From Macrostomum lignano (lineage: Eukaryota), in NCBI GenBank assembly GCA_002269645.1, contig NIVC01001182.1, forward strand, positions 248,001 to 312,000: 64,000 bases of DNA, given 5' to 3'. The translations under genes were made by a program, and so were the position numbers. Shown here in pieces: positions 47,301 to 58,100 of this stretch (its first letter is position 1; each line of letters begins with the position of its first letter). The notes beneath the pieces were generated by a model. It did no database searches and had not been told where the DNA came from. It worked only from the letters and a program-made list of their open reading frames with translations.

Positions 47301-48972
47301 GGTGTTACACATACCAACTGGTTAGAGGGGATACAGAATGTTAGACAGACTAAACTTTGCGAGAGGGTGTTAGACAGATAAATCGTTCAGAAATGTCAAT
47401 GTCACAAGAGCAATACAAAATTCATAACAGGCAAAACCCCAATGGATTAAGCACTGTAATTACCTGAGCAAGCACAGTCTGGTTGAGCCCGCTCTGCATC
47501 AGACAGGACCGGGCCTCCAGGCCAGTGAGGTAGCCTTTGCGCATCCGATCCTCCTGATTGAATCGCAACTTGTACTTGGCTCGAATATTGCTGGGCACGG
47601 ACCAATCCTCCGACGAGTGAGACAGCTGCTGACTCGAAGAGGAAAGATTGGAGGACATTGAGCCCGACAGAGAAACGGCACTTGATGGAGCTGCTGATGA
47701 AGCCACTGGCCCTGCTTGAGGAAGCTGCAACAGACTGGGTGGCAGCGAGTCCGGCAATGGATAGCCCTGGAATGAAGATGGTGCGATATTATATAGCACC
47801 CCCACAGCTTAACTACCTTACCGCCTGTCGGCACTTCAAAGAGCCGTCGCCGCCGTCGCCGCCACCCCACTCCCGCCTAAAACTTCAAAGAGCCGCCGCC
47901 ACCCCGCCCCACTCCCGCCTAGAACTTCAAAGAGCTGCCCCACATCCCACCCAATCCCGCCTAGAACTTTAAAGAACCGGCCCCGCACCCCACGACTCCT
48001 GGCTAGAACTTCAAAAAGCCACCACCGCCCCACCCCAATCCCGCGTAGAACTTCAAAGAACCGGCCCCGCAACCCACTCCCGTCTAGAACTTCAAAGAGC
48101 CGCCGCCGCCAATCCCCCTCCGCCTAAAAACATAAGAGCCGCCGCTACCGCCCCCACCCCAATCCCGCATATAACTTTAAAGAACCGGCCCCGCACCCCA
48201 CCACTCCCGCCTAGAACTTCAAAGAGCCACCGCCGCCCCCACCCCACTCCCGCCAAGAACTTCAAAGAACCGCCGCCACCCCAAACCCACTACCGCATAG
48301 AACATCAAAGAGCCGCCACCGCCAATCCCCCTCCGCCTAAAAACATAAGAGCCGCCGCTACCGCCCCCACCCCAATCCCGCATATAACTTCAAAGAACCG
48401 GCCCCGCACCCCACCACTCCCGCCTAGAACTTCAAAGAGCCGCCGCAGCCCCCACCCCAATCCCGCATATAACTTCAAAGAACCGACCCCGCACCCCACC
48501 ACTCCCGCCTAGAACTTCAAAGAGCCGCCGCAGCCCCCACCCCACTCCTGCCAAGAACTTCAAAGAACCGCCGCCACTCCAAACCCACTACCACAAAGAA
48601 CATCAAAGAGCCGCCACCGCCAATCCCTCTCCGCCTAAAAACATAAGAGCCGCCGCTACCGCCCCACCCCACTCCCGCCTAGAACTTCAAAAAGACACCG
48701 CCATCCTTCCAGGCGCCCTCAAGCCTAATTCGCACCTGCAACCGGCGCCGAATCAAAAAGCAAGCCGCACAGAACTCAGCCAGACTCATTCGGCCATCGG
48801 CATCGTAATCGGCCAGTTGCCAAATCCTAGCCAGCTCGGTGGATGGCAAATTGCTCAATAGAAAATGACCCCTAGCCTGCTGGCCGGTGATGAAGCCGCC
48901 CGAGGGACCCAAAGCAACGAATTGGGACTCGTATTTCAGCCGGTCCTCCGGCGCCAAACGCCACGGATCCAT
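24878..48972 (-). CDS. ITSN1: Intersectin, long form (2 EH, coiled coil, 5 SH3, DH, PH, C2), 12 exons, 1755 aa
   Basis: Exons 48972-48736, 47766-47464, 46899-46465, 45658-45248, 44924-44764, 43915-43175, 42078-41441, 40648-39915, 35353-35057, 34534-34136, 33776-33299 and 25311-24878 give 5268 nt; all are GT-AG and phase-consistent. Motifs: EH ([22 protein letters not shown]), five SH3, DH ([12 protein letters not shown]), PH ([13 protein letters not shown]), and C2 ending [10 protein letters not shown]. Confidence 0.96.
25470..25870. repeat. Degenerate G-rich tandem repeat of about 60-65 bp in the last ITSN intron
   Basis: GGCCCTGCGTACATCTGGGGGCAGTAATTG units, about 6 copies. Confidence 0.85.
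27460..27800. repeat. Degenerate telomere-like G-rich repeat (GGGTA/GGGTT/TTAGGG)
   Basis: Several exact TTAGGG units among pentamer variants. Confidence 0.8.
28515..30638. repeat. 56-bp satellite with internal hairpin, about 38 units
   Basis: GGGAGCTACTGATTGAAATCCCATTTGGAGAAGAATGGGATCACAAGCAGTCATAT; the inverted ATCCCATT/AATGGGAT pair forms the stem. There are no unique spacers. Confidence 0.97.
31309..32602 (+). mobile_element. About 1.3-kb insertion with an 11-bp target-site duplication and (AAC)n tail; putative non-autonomous or 5'-truncated non-LTR retroposon
   Basis: AGAGGGTATGA at both 31298-31308 and 32603-32613. The 3' end is TTTAACAACAAC. The GC-rich non-repetitive interior interrupts a GAGGGGAT-type array. 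No RT ORF seen. Confidence 0.6.
32603..33075. repeat. Purine-rich degenerate repeat (GGGATGAGAGGGGATAAAA...)
   Basis: Direct; a short related block at 31255-31308. Confidence 0.9.
33868..34110. repeat. (CACT)n-type microsatellite, ITSN intron
   Basis: Direct. Confidence 0.92.
34570..35010. repeat. 20-bp minisatellite (GACACACGATAATCCATACA), ITSN intron
   Basis: Direct. Confidence 0.93.
35490..36590. repeat. 24-bp minisatellite (AATCTCTCCCTTGTCTATCTACCC), ITSN intron
   Basis: About 45 units; explains ORF 35412-36767. Confidence 0.96.
37238..38636. repeat. 31-bp minisatellite (GGCATAACCCCACTGGAGAGTCTGGGAGGGT), ITSN intron
   Basis: About 45 units. Confidence 0.97.
39275..39660. repeat. 28-bp minisatellite (ACTCCCATAATGTCACTCTGGAAATGGC)
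   Basis: Direct. Confidence 0.9.
40742..41405. repeat. (CAGA)n microsatellite filling most of an ITSN intron
   Basis: Direct. Confidence 0.97.
42145..43140. repeat. 20-bp minisatellite (GAGTACCTAAGTGTCTATCT) with larger block duplications
   Basis: The block TATTCTATTTGAGTACCCAAGTATCGAT recurs at about 42531, 42785 and 43059. Confidence 0.94.
43960..44610. repeat. 24-bp minisatellite (AATCTAATCTGTGTAGCAATCTGC)
   Basis: Direct. Confidence 0.96.
45765..46350. repeat. 20-bp minisatellite (TGACCCTTTCTGACCTTATG)
   Basis: Direct. Confidence 0.93.
46915..47390. repeat. Degenerate repeat of about 30 bp (GGTTAGAGAGGGGGTGTTAGACATACCAACT)
   Basis: Direct, diverged. Confidence 0.8.
47830..48692. repeat. 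C-rich minisatellite of about 40 bp (AGAACTTCAAAGAGCCGCCGCC...CCCACTCCCGCCT), ITSN intron 1
   Basis: Direct; variant units recur in blocks. Confidence 0.92.
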
Positions 48973-49439
48973 GAGGTTACGGCTTGGTTGTCAGAGCTCG
49001 CTAGCTGATTAGCAGTCGGTGCCAAAATTAAAATCGGCATGAATAGTTTTATTGATTGCATAAATACATTAGGCGACAATATAGAAATCCCAATACCTGG
49101 CTTGGACAACTTTGAAGTGAATAAAAGTTCATTTAGGCAGCATTTAACTATGAAACTGTCCACGCGAAACATAATCACTGACTCAACAATCTCAACTCTA
49201 TCATTTGAGACTATTTCAGGAATCTCACCCCTAGAATTTGAGATTATCTCATGCTATATCTAACCACTAGATACATATTACGATATTTAATCCCTAGATT
49301 AAAGAAAATTTTCAAAGCATAGCTAGCCCCAATAAATTTTGAATCAGCTTGCAAACCTTACCGCTAAATACTAGCATCTAGCATAGCATCTAAATTAGCT
49401 TTTTAGCTTATGAATCAATCACCCCTAATATAAGAATGG

Positions 49440-49920
49440 CATAGAAATCTCACCATTTCATATTCGAGTTTCTTAGAAATCTCACCCTTTCATAACAGAG
49501 TGCCTTAGAAATCTCACCCTTTCATAACAGAGTGCCTTAGAAATCTCACCCTTTCATAACAGAGTGCCTTAGAAATCTCACCCTTTCATAACAGAGTGCC
49601 TTAGAAATCTAACCATTTCATAACAGAGTGCCTTAGAAATCTCACCTTTTCAAAGCCGACTGCCATGGAAATCTCACCATTTCATATTAGAGTGACTTAG
49701 AAATCTTACCTCCTCATAATAGTTTCGTAGAAATCTCATTTTTTAAAACATTTTCTTAGAAAGCTCACATATTTAAAATATATTCTTAGAAAGCTCACCT
49801 GTCTATAGCATATTATAGAAAGCTCACCTTTCTCCAGTAATTTCTTAGAAATCACACTTTTTTAAAACAGTTTCTTAGAAATCCCATCTTTTTATAATAG
49901 TTTTTTAGAAACCTCACCCC
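49440..49920. repeat. 32-bp minisatellite (TAGAAATCTCACCCTTTCATAACAGAGTGCCT) with degenerate flanks
   Basis: Direct. Confidence 0.88.
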
Positions 49921-50647
49921 TTCATAATATAATAGCACCTAAATCTAATTCTCAGATTGCAGTAGATATCAAAAAAACAAACGAACATAACGATTTTGAA
50001 TATCAAACAGATGGTGAGTTAAAAAAGGCTTAAACGTTACTTAGAATTTTGTGTATTTCACATTCTAGATTTCACTATGTTGTTAAAAATATAAAAAACT
50101 ACGAAACCGCAAGTTTTTAATTAATTAATTAAAACAAATCAACTATAGAAAGGAAAAAAATGGAGACACGTTGAAAGTTAGCTTTCTAATTATAATCTTA
50201 ATTAAAGATTCAAGCCTCTCAATTAAATTCATTAATACGTATTGAGATTTATGTAATTATTTTAATGGAGTAATAATTATAAAGAGTACTATTAATAATA
50301 ATTTCGTGTATTGAAGAGAGAGAAAACGCAAAAAAAATTCAAAGCGCAACAGCTGAGATGGCGGAGAGATTAATTTCTTGATCTACTAAATGTATATAAC
50401 TAAAAAACAGCTTGTTTAATAAAATAATTAGACAAAAAACTGAACTAATAAATAAATTAAAAATAGGAAAACATTTGTTTGGATTCAGCCAGTTTGCGTG
50501 CACCATTCGGGAAAGTTTGGAAGTGTGCGATTTTGGTTAGAAATTTTTGGCCAACTATAAAAAAAAACAACAATTTAATGGTTCCTACAGATATGTATTG
50601 TTCAGATCAAACTAAATCCCAACTTCTTGACTTCAATCCATCAGCAT

Positions 50648-52903
50648 TCATCTACTGCCAGTGTTGATAATCAGCAGTTCGAATCGGACCATACCGTCGC
50701 GGTCCATCTTGTCGTAGCGATAGTTCTTAATATTATACAGGCGGCAGGACACCATCAGTAGGACATTGCGGCGAGCGTTGGGGAATCTCACAGCAACAGC
50801 CGGAGTTGTGTAGCCCTTCTGGTTCAAATAGGGGAACAGAGCGCTGCTAAAGTAGCCATAGTCGGTGCCGTTCACAGTCACACCGGGATAGTACAGCAGA
50901 CTGCCGCTGCCGAATGTCGCCTTGTCGCCGTCATTCTCAGGTTCGCAACGCATCAGGGTGTGGTTGGACAGCTGCGGGTCTTCGATGTCCGGCAGCCAGC
51001 CATAAATCTTGTTCATCTTGATTATCACGCACGGGGTGGCGCTCTCGTAGCCAAACTTATTGGCTGAGGTGCAGTTGCCCCAGTGCTTACTGGGGTCGAT
51101 GCGGCAGATCTTCTTCTTGGGATCGAAATCCCGGTTGGCCTGTGGGGATAAGGTTGATGGGGAGATTCTCAGGTGTAGTTCAGGGCCGATTCTCAGGTGT
51201 AGTTTAGGTGCGGGCATTTCTCAGGTATAGTTTAGGTGCGGGCGTTTCTCAGGTATAGTTTAGGTGCGGGCGTTTCTCAGGTATAGTTTAGGTGCGGGCG
51301 TTTCTCAGGTGTAGTTTAGGTGTGGGCATTTCTCAGGTATAGTTTAGGTGCGGGAATTTCTCAGGTGTAGTTTAGGTGCGGGCATTTCTCAGGTGTAGTT
51401 TAGGTGCGGGCGTTTCTCAGGTATAGTTTAGGTTTCTCAGGTGTAGTTTAGGACTGATTCTCATGTGTATAGCTTAGGGGCGATTCTCGGGTGTAGCTTA
51501 AGGGGCCATTTTCAGGTGTAGATTAGTTGCGATTCTCGGGTGTAGCTTAAGGGGCCATTTTCAGGTGTAGATTAGTTGCGATTCTCAGGTGTAATTTAGG
51601 GGCGACTCTCACGTGTAGACTAGGGACGATTCTCAGGTGTAGTTTAGGGCTGATTCTCAGGTGTAGATTAGGGCCGATTCTCAGGTGTAGCTTAGAGCCG
51701 ATTCTCAGGTGTAGTTTAGGGCCGATTCTCAGGTGTAGTTAAGGGCCGATTCTCAGGTGTAGTTAAGGGCCGATTCTCAGGTGTAGATTAGGGCCGATTC
51801 TCAGGTGTAGTTAAGGGCCGATTCTCAGGTGTAGTTAAGGGCCGATTCTCAGGTGTAGATTAGGGCCGATTCTCAGGTGTAGATTAGGGCCGATTCTCAG
51901 GTGTAGTTAAGGGCCGATTCTCAGGTGTAGATTAGGGCCGATTCTCAGGTGTAGTTAAGGGCCGATTCTCAGGTGTAGTTAAGGGCCGATTCTCAGATGT
52001 AGTTAAGGGCCGATTCTCAGATGTAGTTAAGGGCCGATTCTCAGGTGTAGATTAGGGCCGATTCTCAGGTGTAGTTAAGGGCCGATTCTCAGGTGTGGTT
52101 AAGGGCCGATTCTCAGGTGTAGTTTAGGGCCGATTCTCAGGTGTAGTTTAGGTGCGGGCATTTCTCAGGTGTAGTTTAGGTGCGGGCATTTCTCAGGTAT
52201 AGTTTAGGTGCGGACGTTTCTCAGGTATAGTTTAGGTGCGGGCGTTTCTCAGGTGTAGTTTAGGACTGATTCTCATGTGTATAGCTTAGGGGCGATTCTC
52301 GGGTGTAGCTTAGGGGCCATTTTCAGGTGTAGATTAGTTGCGATTCTCAGGTGTAGTTTAGGGGCGACTCTCACGTGTAGACTAGGGGCGATTCTCAGGT
52401 GTAGATTAGGGCCGATTCTCAGGTGTAGATTAGGGCAAAAGCTACACAAAAAATCACAGACTAACCTCAGCATCCTCCAAGTTGCAGTTAGCGTACTCCA
52501 TATTCGGATCCTCTAGCGATTTATTCACAGAAGAGTAGGAATTAACCAGCTGATCCAGATTACCAACAAGCCTGTCCAGATTCTTCTGATCAGACGCGTT
52601 CACATTAATCAGAGTCCGTTCAACATCCGGCATGGGGCGCATGCCCAGACCCGGGTTCATCCTGATCAGCGACTGTTCGCCAGTCAGCATCGGCTTAGTG
52701 TCATCAATGATGCCGAACAGCAGTACGCTCAGCATGCCGACAAAAAATGCAGCCAGACAAGAGTAATAAATCAAATAGAATATGGTGATTAAAGCCCACG
52801 ATTTTGGAGTTCGGCCGAGAAAGGTGCCTCGATCTTTGTTGTAGAGGAACCGGCCGCAGGCGCTCATGCGCTGTCCGCAGGTTGGCTTGTTGTCGTCAGT
52901 CAT
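50648..52903 (-). CDS. ATP1B: Sodium/potassium-transporting ATPase beta subunit, 2 exons, 309 aa
   Basis: Exons 52903-52466 and 51139-50648 (phase 0). Features: FLYNKDRGTFLGRTPKSWA, a single TM segment, NPGLGMRP, FGYESATPCVIIKMNKIYGWLP, FPYLNQKGY, and six extracellular Cys. Confidence 0.96.
51160..52436. repeat. 24-28-bp minisatellite complex (GGGCCGATTCTCAGGTGTAGTTAA) filling the ATP1B intron
   Basis: Direct; blocks at 51195-51640 recur at 52148-52400. Confidence 0.95.
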
Positions 52904-53749
52904 GACCGGATTGTTTCTATTCAATTTAATATGGCTTCCGAAATGTTAGCTGAAATCAATGATGGATGTTCACAAATAATAATTGATGGATTTGAACTTA
53001 ACGAATTCTAAGAAACTCTGCTCGATGTTAAAAACTGTTTAACTGTGGGGTTGCATGCAAGTTTACTTAATAATTAAGATAAACATTGACGAACAACGCG
53101 GCTTATCATAAATGATTATAAATAAATACATTCTATTGGATTGTGCAGACATCACAATATTGGTTTAGAAGGGACAGCCATTCTGTGCACATAGGCAAAG
53201 GGCAGGCAATATGCTAAAAACATAAATAAAACAGACAAGTGTTGTTGGCTCTCGAGGCGAAAATAGTTTAGCATAAAGTACAGATGGGTCAAATAGTTTT
53301 AAAATAAAACTTCTCCACCAAAGTACATATTGCATTTTTACTTGCATAAAAGAAAGATTCTCTTAATGGAGGAACAATTTTTGGTCAGCAATGATTATAA
53401 TCATACAAAATTAGGTTTACAAGATTTTAGGTTTAAAAGATTTCATTGATTTCTGCGTATACCTCAAAGACGAAAGAAGAAAACGGTAATACATAAAATA
53501 AAGAGCAAATGAAGACTAAGTTTAATGCATAAAACTTGCAACTAAACTCTAAAAAATCAACAATCAGTGTCAGAAACTGACAACACAAAGACAGAGTAAA
53601 AAATTCAACGTTAGAAATTAGAAAAGAAGTTAAACAAAATAAAATAGTCAAACAAGTATTTATGGATATGTCTATCGGTGCGCAAACTTTTACTGTCATT
53701 TGGAAACAAGCAATAAATTTAAGGATGTGAATGGGTTTTAAGTTAGGGC

Positions 53750-54145
53750 ATGTTTGTTTAGAGTGTTTAGATTGGTGTGTTTGTCTAGGGTCTTGTGAAC
53801 TTTAGATTGGCGTGTTTGTCTAGGGCCTTATGTACTTTAGAGTGGCGTGTTTGTCTAGGGTTTGTGTACTTTAGAGTGACGTGTTTGTCTAGGGCCTTAT
53901 GTACTTTAGAGTGGCGTGTTTGTCTAGGGTCTTGTGTACTTTAGATTGGAGGCTTGTCTAGGGTCTTGTGCACTTTAGATTGGAGGTTTGTCTAGGGTCT
54001 TGTGCACTTTAGATTGGAGGTTTGTCTAGGGTCTTGTGCACTTTAGATTGGAGGTTTGTCTAAGGTCTTGTGCACTTTGGAGTGGTGTGTTTGTCTAGGA
54101 TCTTGTGTACTTTAGATTGGTGTTTGTCTAAGGCCTTGTGTACTT
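53750..54145. repeat. Minisatellite of about 33-35 bp (TTAGAGTGGCGTGTTTGTCTAGGGTCTTGTGTACT)
   Basis: Direct. Confidence 0.9.
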
Positions 54146-55105
54146 TTGGATTAGTTAGTTGTCAAGGTGCATTCTGTACCTAAGAATAGTGAAGTTAAAT
54201 ATAGGCTGTTTATGCGCAAACCTTTTTCAAATTATAAGCAATTCAATTTTTTACCAAGTAAATAAATAAATGTAATCAATGAATACTCATAACTAAAAAT
54301 TTAGAATTCGGGTCAAACGACAGATAGACCGATTTAAAAACTGAAAAGTAAGGAGAAAACGACGCCTTAGACTTAAATAGCAAGCTTATTATGACAAAGA
54401 TAAAAGGTTACAGACCGCTAAAAATAAATATTCATTGATAATCACTATTAAGTAGCATTAATGTACTCGTACAATCCGGAATTCTATCCTAATCGTGGCA
54501 AACTGATTTTAAATGGTAGTGACATAAAACTCTAATCAATACAATACATGCAATATCATGTATAAACAGTAGTGACGTGCGATCATAGTTAGCGGTATCA
54601 TATAAAGTACAGAAGATTATACATGTTCATTACTATCTGTAACAAAAATGGCAACCATTTTTGAGTAGTAAACCAATTTACCCCAAATAGAAATTAACTA
54701 AAAAGTAATTTTTTTTCAAAGTAACGCACAAAAGTGAATCACAGAAAATAACAACGTATTAAGGATCATTTAGAAAGGACCAATTAACATCTTTATAGAT
54801 TTTTATTGCTCTACTTTTAAGAAACTATCTGGAATCCAGATAACTACCGATATGTAGCGTAGTATACATAACTTTAGCTGCTAAAAACCTTAAGTCCGTT
54901 AATAGGAATAACTTACTCTGCCCCAAGGTTTTCGATTCTTAATTGAAGAGCAAAGGGGTTAAAATTACAAGATAGATAGATTCTGTAGTAGATAGTCTAC
55001 AGGGTAAAAGGCGAGAGCAAATTTGACTGCAATTCAATGCATTGATACCTCGTCATCTGATAAGTCTACAATTTACAAACCAACTCAGCTGCAATATAAG
55101 AATTA

Positions 55106-58100
55106 TCAGCGACTGTCAAGCCCCACAGTTGAGAAGTACTTAGCAGCCGATACGGAGATGAACTTGTCAAGAAATACTTCGCTATCCAGCACGGCGATAT
55201 GAGCGGCCCTGCCAATCAGAGAGTTGGTACTGCTTGGAAAGCAATGATGAACATCGTAGCGAACAGTTAGCACCTTGGATAGGCGCTGCAACAGGTTTGA
55301 CACCATCTCCATGTACACTGCGGACATTTGGCCCGTGTCTTTTAGGGCTCTGCAAATTAGTGAGGGATTATTCGCTTTGGTGTGACTTTGGGATAGAATT
55401 ATTTGCGACTGGATTAGTGAGGAAATTAGCGAATAAGGCATCGAGAGAAATGGCAAGACAACTAGCGAGTACAGAATCGATGGGATTAGCCACTAGATTA
55501 GTACACAGATTAGTAGAGAATGGAAGAGATTTGTGAGCAAATTAGTACAGAATTGAGTGGATTAGTGTGCAGACTAGTAACATTATCTACTAATCCCATC
55601 GGTTCTCTACTAGTCTGCACACTAATCCCATTGATTATCTACTAATCCCATCGGTTCTCGATCAATGGGATTAGTGTGCCGATTAGTAGAGAACCGATGG
55701 GATTAGTAGATAATCAATGGGATTAGTAGATAATCAATGGGATTAGTGTGCAGATTAGTACAGAATTGATGGGACTAGTGTGCAGATTAGTACAGAATCG
55801 ATGGTATTAGTGCGCAGATTAGTACAGAATCGATGGTATTAGTGCGCAGATTAGTACATAATCGATGGGATTAGTGTGCACATTAGTACATAATCGATGG
55901 GATTAGTGTGCACATTAGTACATAATCGATGGGATTAGTGTGCACATTAGTACATAATCGATGGGATTAGTGTGCACATTAGTACATAATCGATGGGATT
56001 AGTGTGCACATTAGTACATAATCGATGGGATTAGTGTGCACATTAGTACATAATCGATGGGATTAGTGTGCACATTAGTACATAATCGATGGGATTAGTG
56101 TGCACATTAGTACATAATCGATGGGATTAGTGTGCACATTAGTACATAATCGGTGGGATTAGTGTGCAGACAGTACAGAACTAAGTGGATTAGTGTACAT
56201 ATTAGTAGAGAACCGATTATTTTGGTGTGAGATTAGTTGAGAACCGTTGGAATTAGTAGATAATCAATGGTATAAGTGTGCAGATTAGCAGAGAACCGAT
56301 GGGATTAGCGAGAAGAGCCGGTGAGAATTGAAAACACGAAGCAACAAGCCCTCACCTGGAAGCCAGCTCAACCCGGGAGCTGTGGTAGGGCACATATCGG
56401 TCCTGTGGCGAGCTGACCAGCAGTACATTAGCAAACGAGTCCAAACCCGATGCGCTACTCAACTCGTACAGATAGGTCTGTCTCGGATCAGAATTGTCTT
56501 TCAATTTGAGTTGCAGAATCGAGCCAGACTTCTTCATCTTCTGTATAAACCACATGCCAGCATTAACTAGATTAGAAGTGTTATACAGAGCGCCAAGATG
56601 AGGCCCGCTCAGGCTTAGGAAGGTGTGAAATTTCGAACGCAAATGAGCCAGCCTGGAATCTGACACAGCAGCCCGTATTATAATAGTACCAAGTGAGTGG
56701 CCGATGAAGCTAATATGAGTCGGCTGACGAGACGCTGCGCTCAAGTGCGCTAGCAACTCCTCAACTAGATTGTTCCTCATCTGTTTAATATCAGCATAAG
56801 TGTCCAATTGATTACGGTCGGACATTAGAAAGTCAAATCGTTCATTAGGCAGAGCCATGGTCAGGTAGACTCGAACTAATCGAAGATCGCCCGAGTTGCC
56901 TTCGAGTCCGTGCGCGCAAACAACCAGGTGCCTGCCCGAGGAGCCGCCTCCGCTACCCAGGTCGGGCAGGTCTCGAAATGGCGGATCTGTAGAAGCCAAA
57001 GCTGACAGTCGGAAATCGCTGTACAGATGCAGGATAGAATCCAACTGAGTCAGCGCCATCTCTCGTTTCATTGCCTCTTTGCGTTGCACATTGGCCAGTG
57101 TAGTCTCTGAGAATGCGCTGACCAGCTTGCTGAGCTTCAGGTCTGACATTGATTTGGCATGGCTCAGGTGCACTGACTGCTGATGGCTGTGCAAACTGCC
57201 TGCTGCTGCAGCTGGCGGCGGCGGCGGTGGTGGCACATCGAGGCCCTAGCGAGAATAATGATTTTAAGAAGCATGATTTTCTATGAAATTAATCGCACGT
57301 ATTTTTGGTAAATGGCATTGTGAAACTTGAAATGGAATTTCGAAACTTGAAAATGGCATTCCGAAACTTTAAAATGGCATTCTGAAACTTAGAAATGATA
57401 CATGTATTCCAAAATTTGGAAATGGCATTTCGAAACCTGGTGAAAATGGCATTCCGAAACTTGGAAATGGCATTTCGAAACTTGAAAATGGCATTTTGAA
57501 ACTTGAAAATGGCATTTCTAAACTTGAAAATGGCATTTCTAAACTTGAAAATGGCATTTCGAAACCTGGAAATGACATTTCGAAACTTGAAAATGGCATT
57601 TCGAAACTTGAAAATGGCATTTCGAAACTTAAATATGGCATTTCAAAACTTGGAAATGGCATTCTAGAAAATTTGATTGAAATCCCAAATATAAAAATGG
57701 AATAAAAATAACTCAGAATTGCATGCTACTAATAGTAGAATAGAAGCAGAAGCAGTAATAAATCAAATGATGACAACAAATGCTAACCCGTTGTTGCTGA
57801 CGTTGGAATCCGTACAACGCCTCCATCACGGATTCTTCTCTACCCGAACTTCTAGTAGAACCCGGAGCTGCTGCTCCGCCTCTGCCGCCGCTAACAATCA
57901 CGTCTGCGTCATCGTCATCACCGTCTCGATCCTGATCAGCCAGACAGCCTGTACCGGACAGTTCTCCGCTCCCGCATCCAGAAGCTACTTGGTGCAAGTC
58001 TGGCAAACTGCAGGCCGTGCTAAGCGTGCCCAGGCCCCGGCCGCTGCCAGCACCGCCGCTGACAGTCAATAAGCTGGCATTGTTAGAACCGGGCCCGGTT

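Noticed and set aside
53433-53699. 88-aa hydrophobic ORF as a small membrane protein
   Set aside because: T-rich strand of AT-rich intergenic DNA; no motif or splice support.
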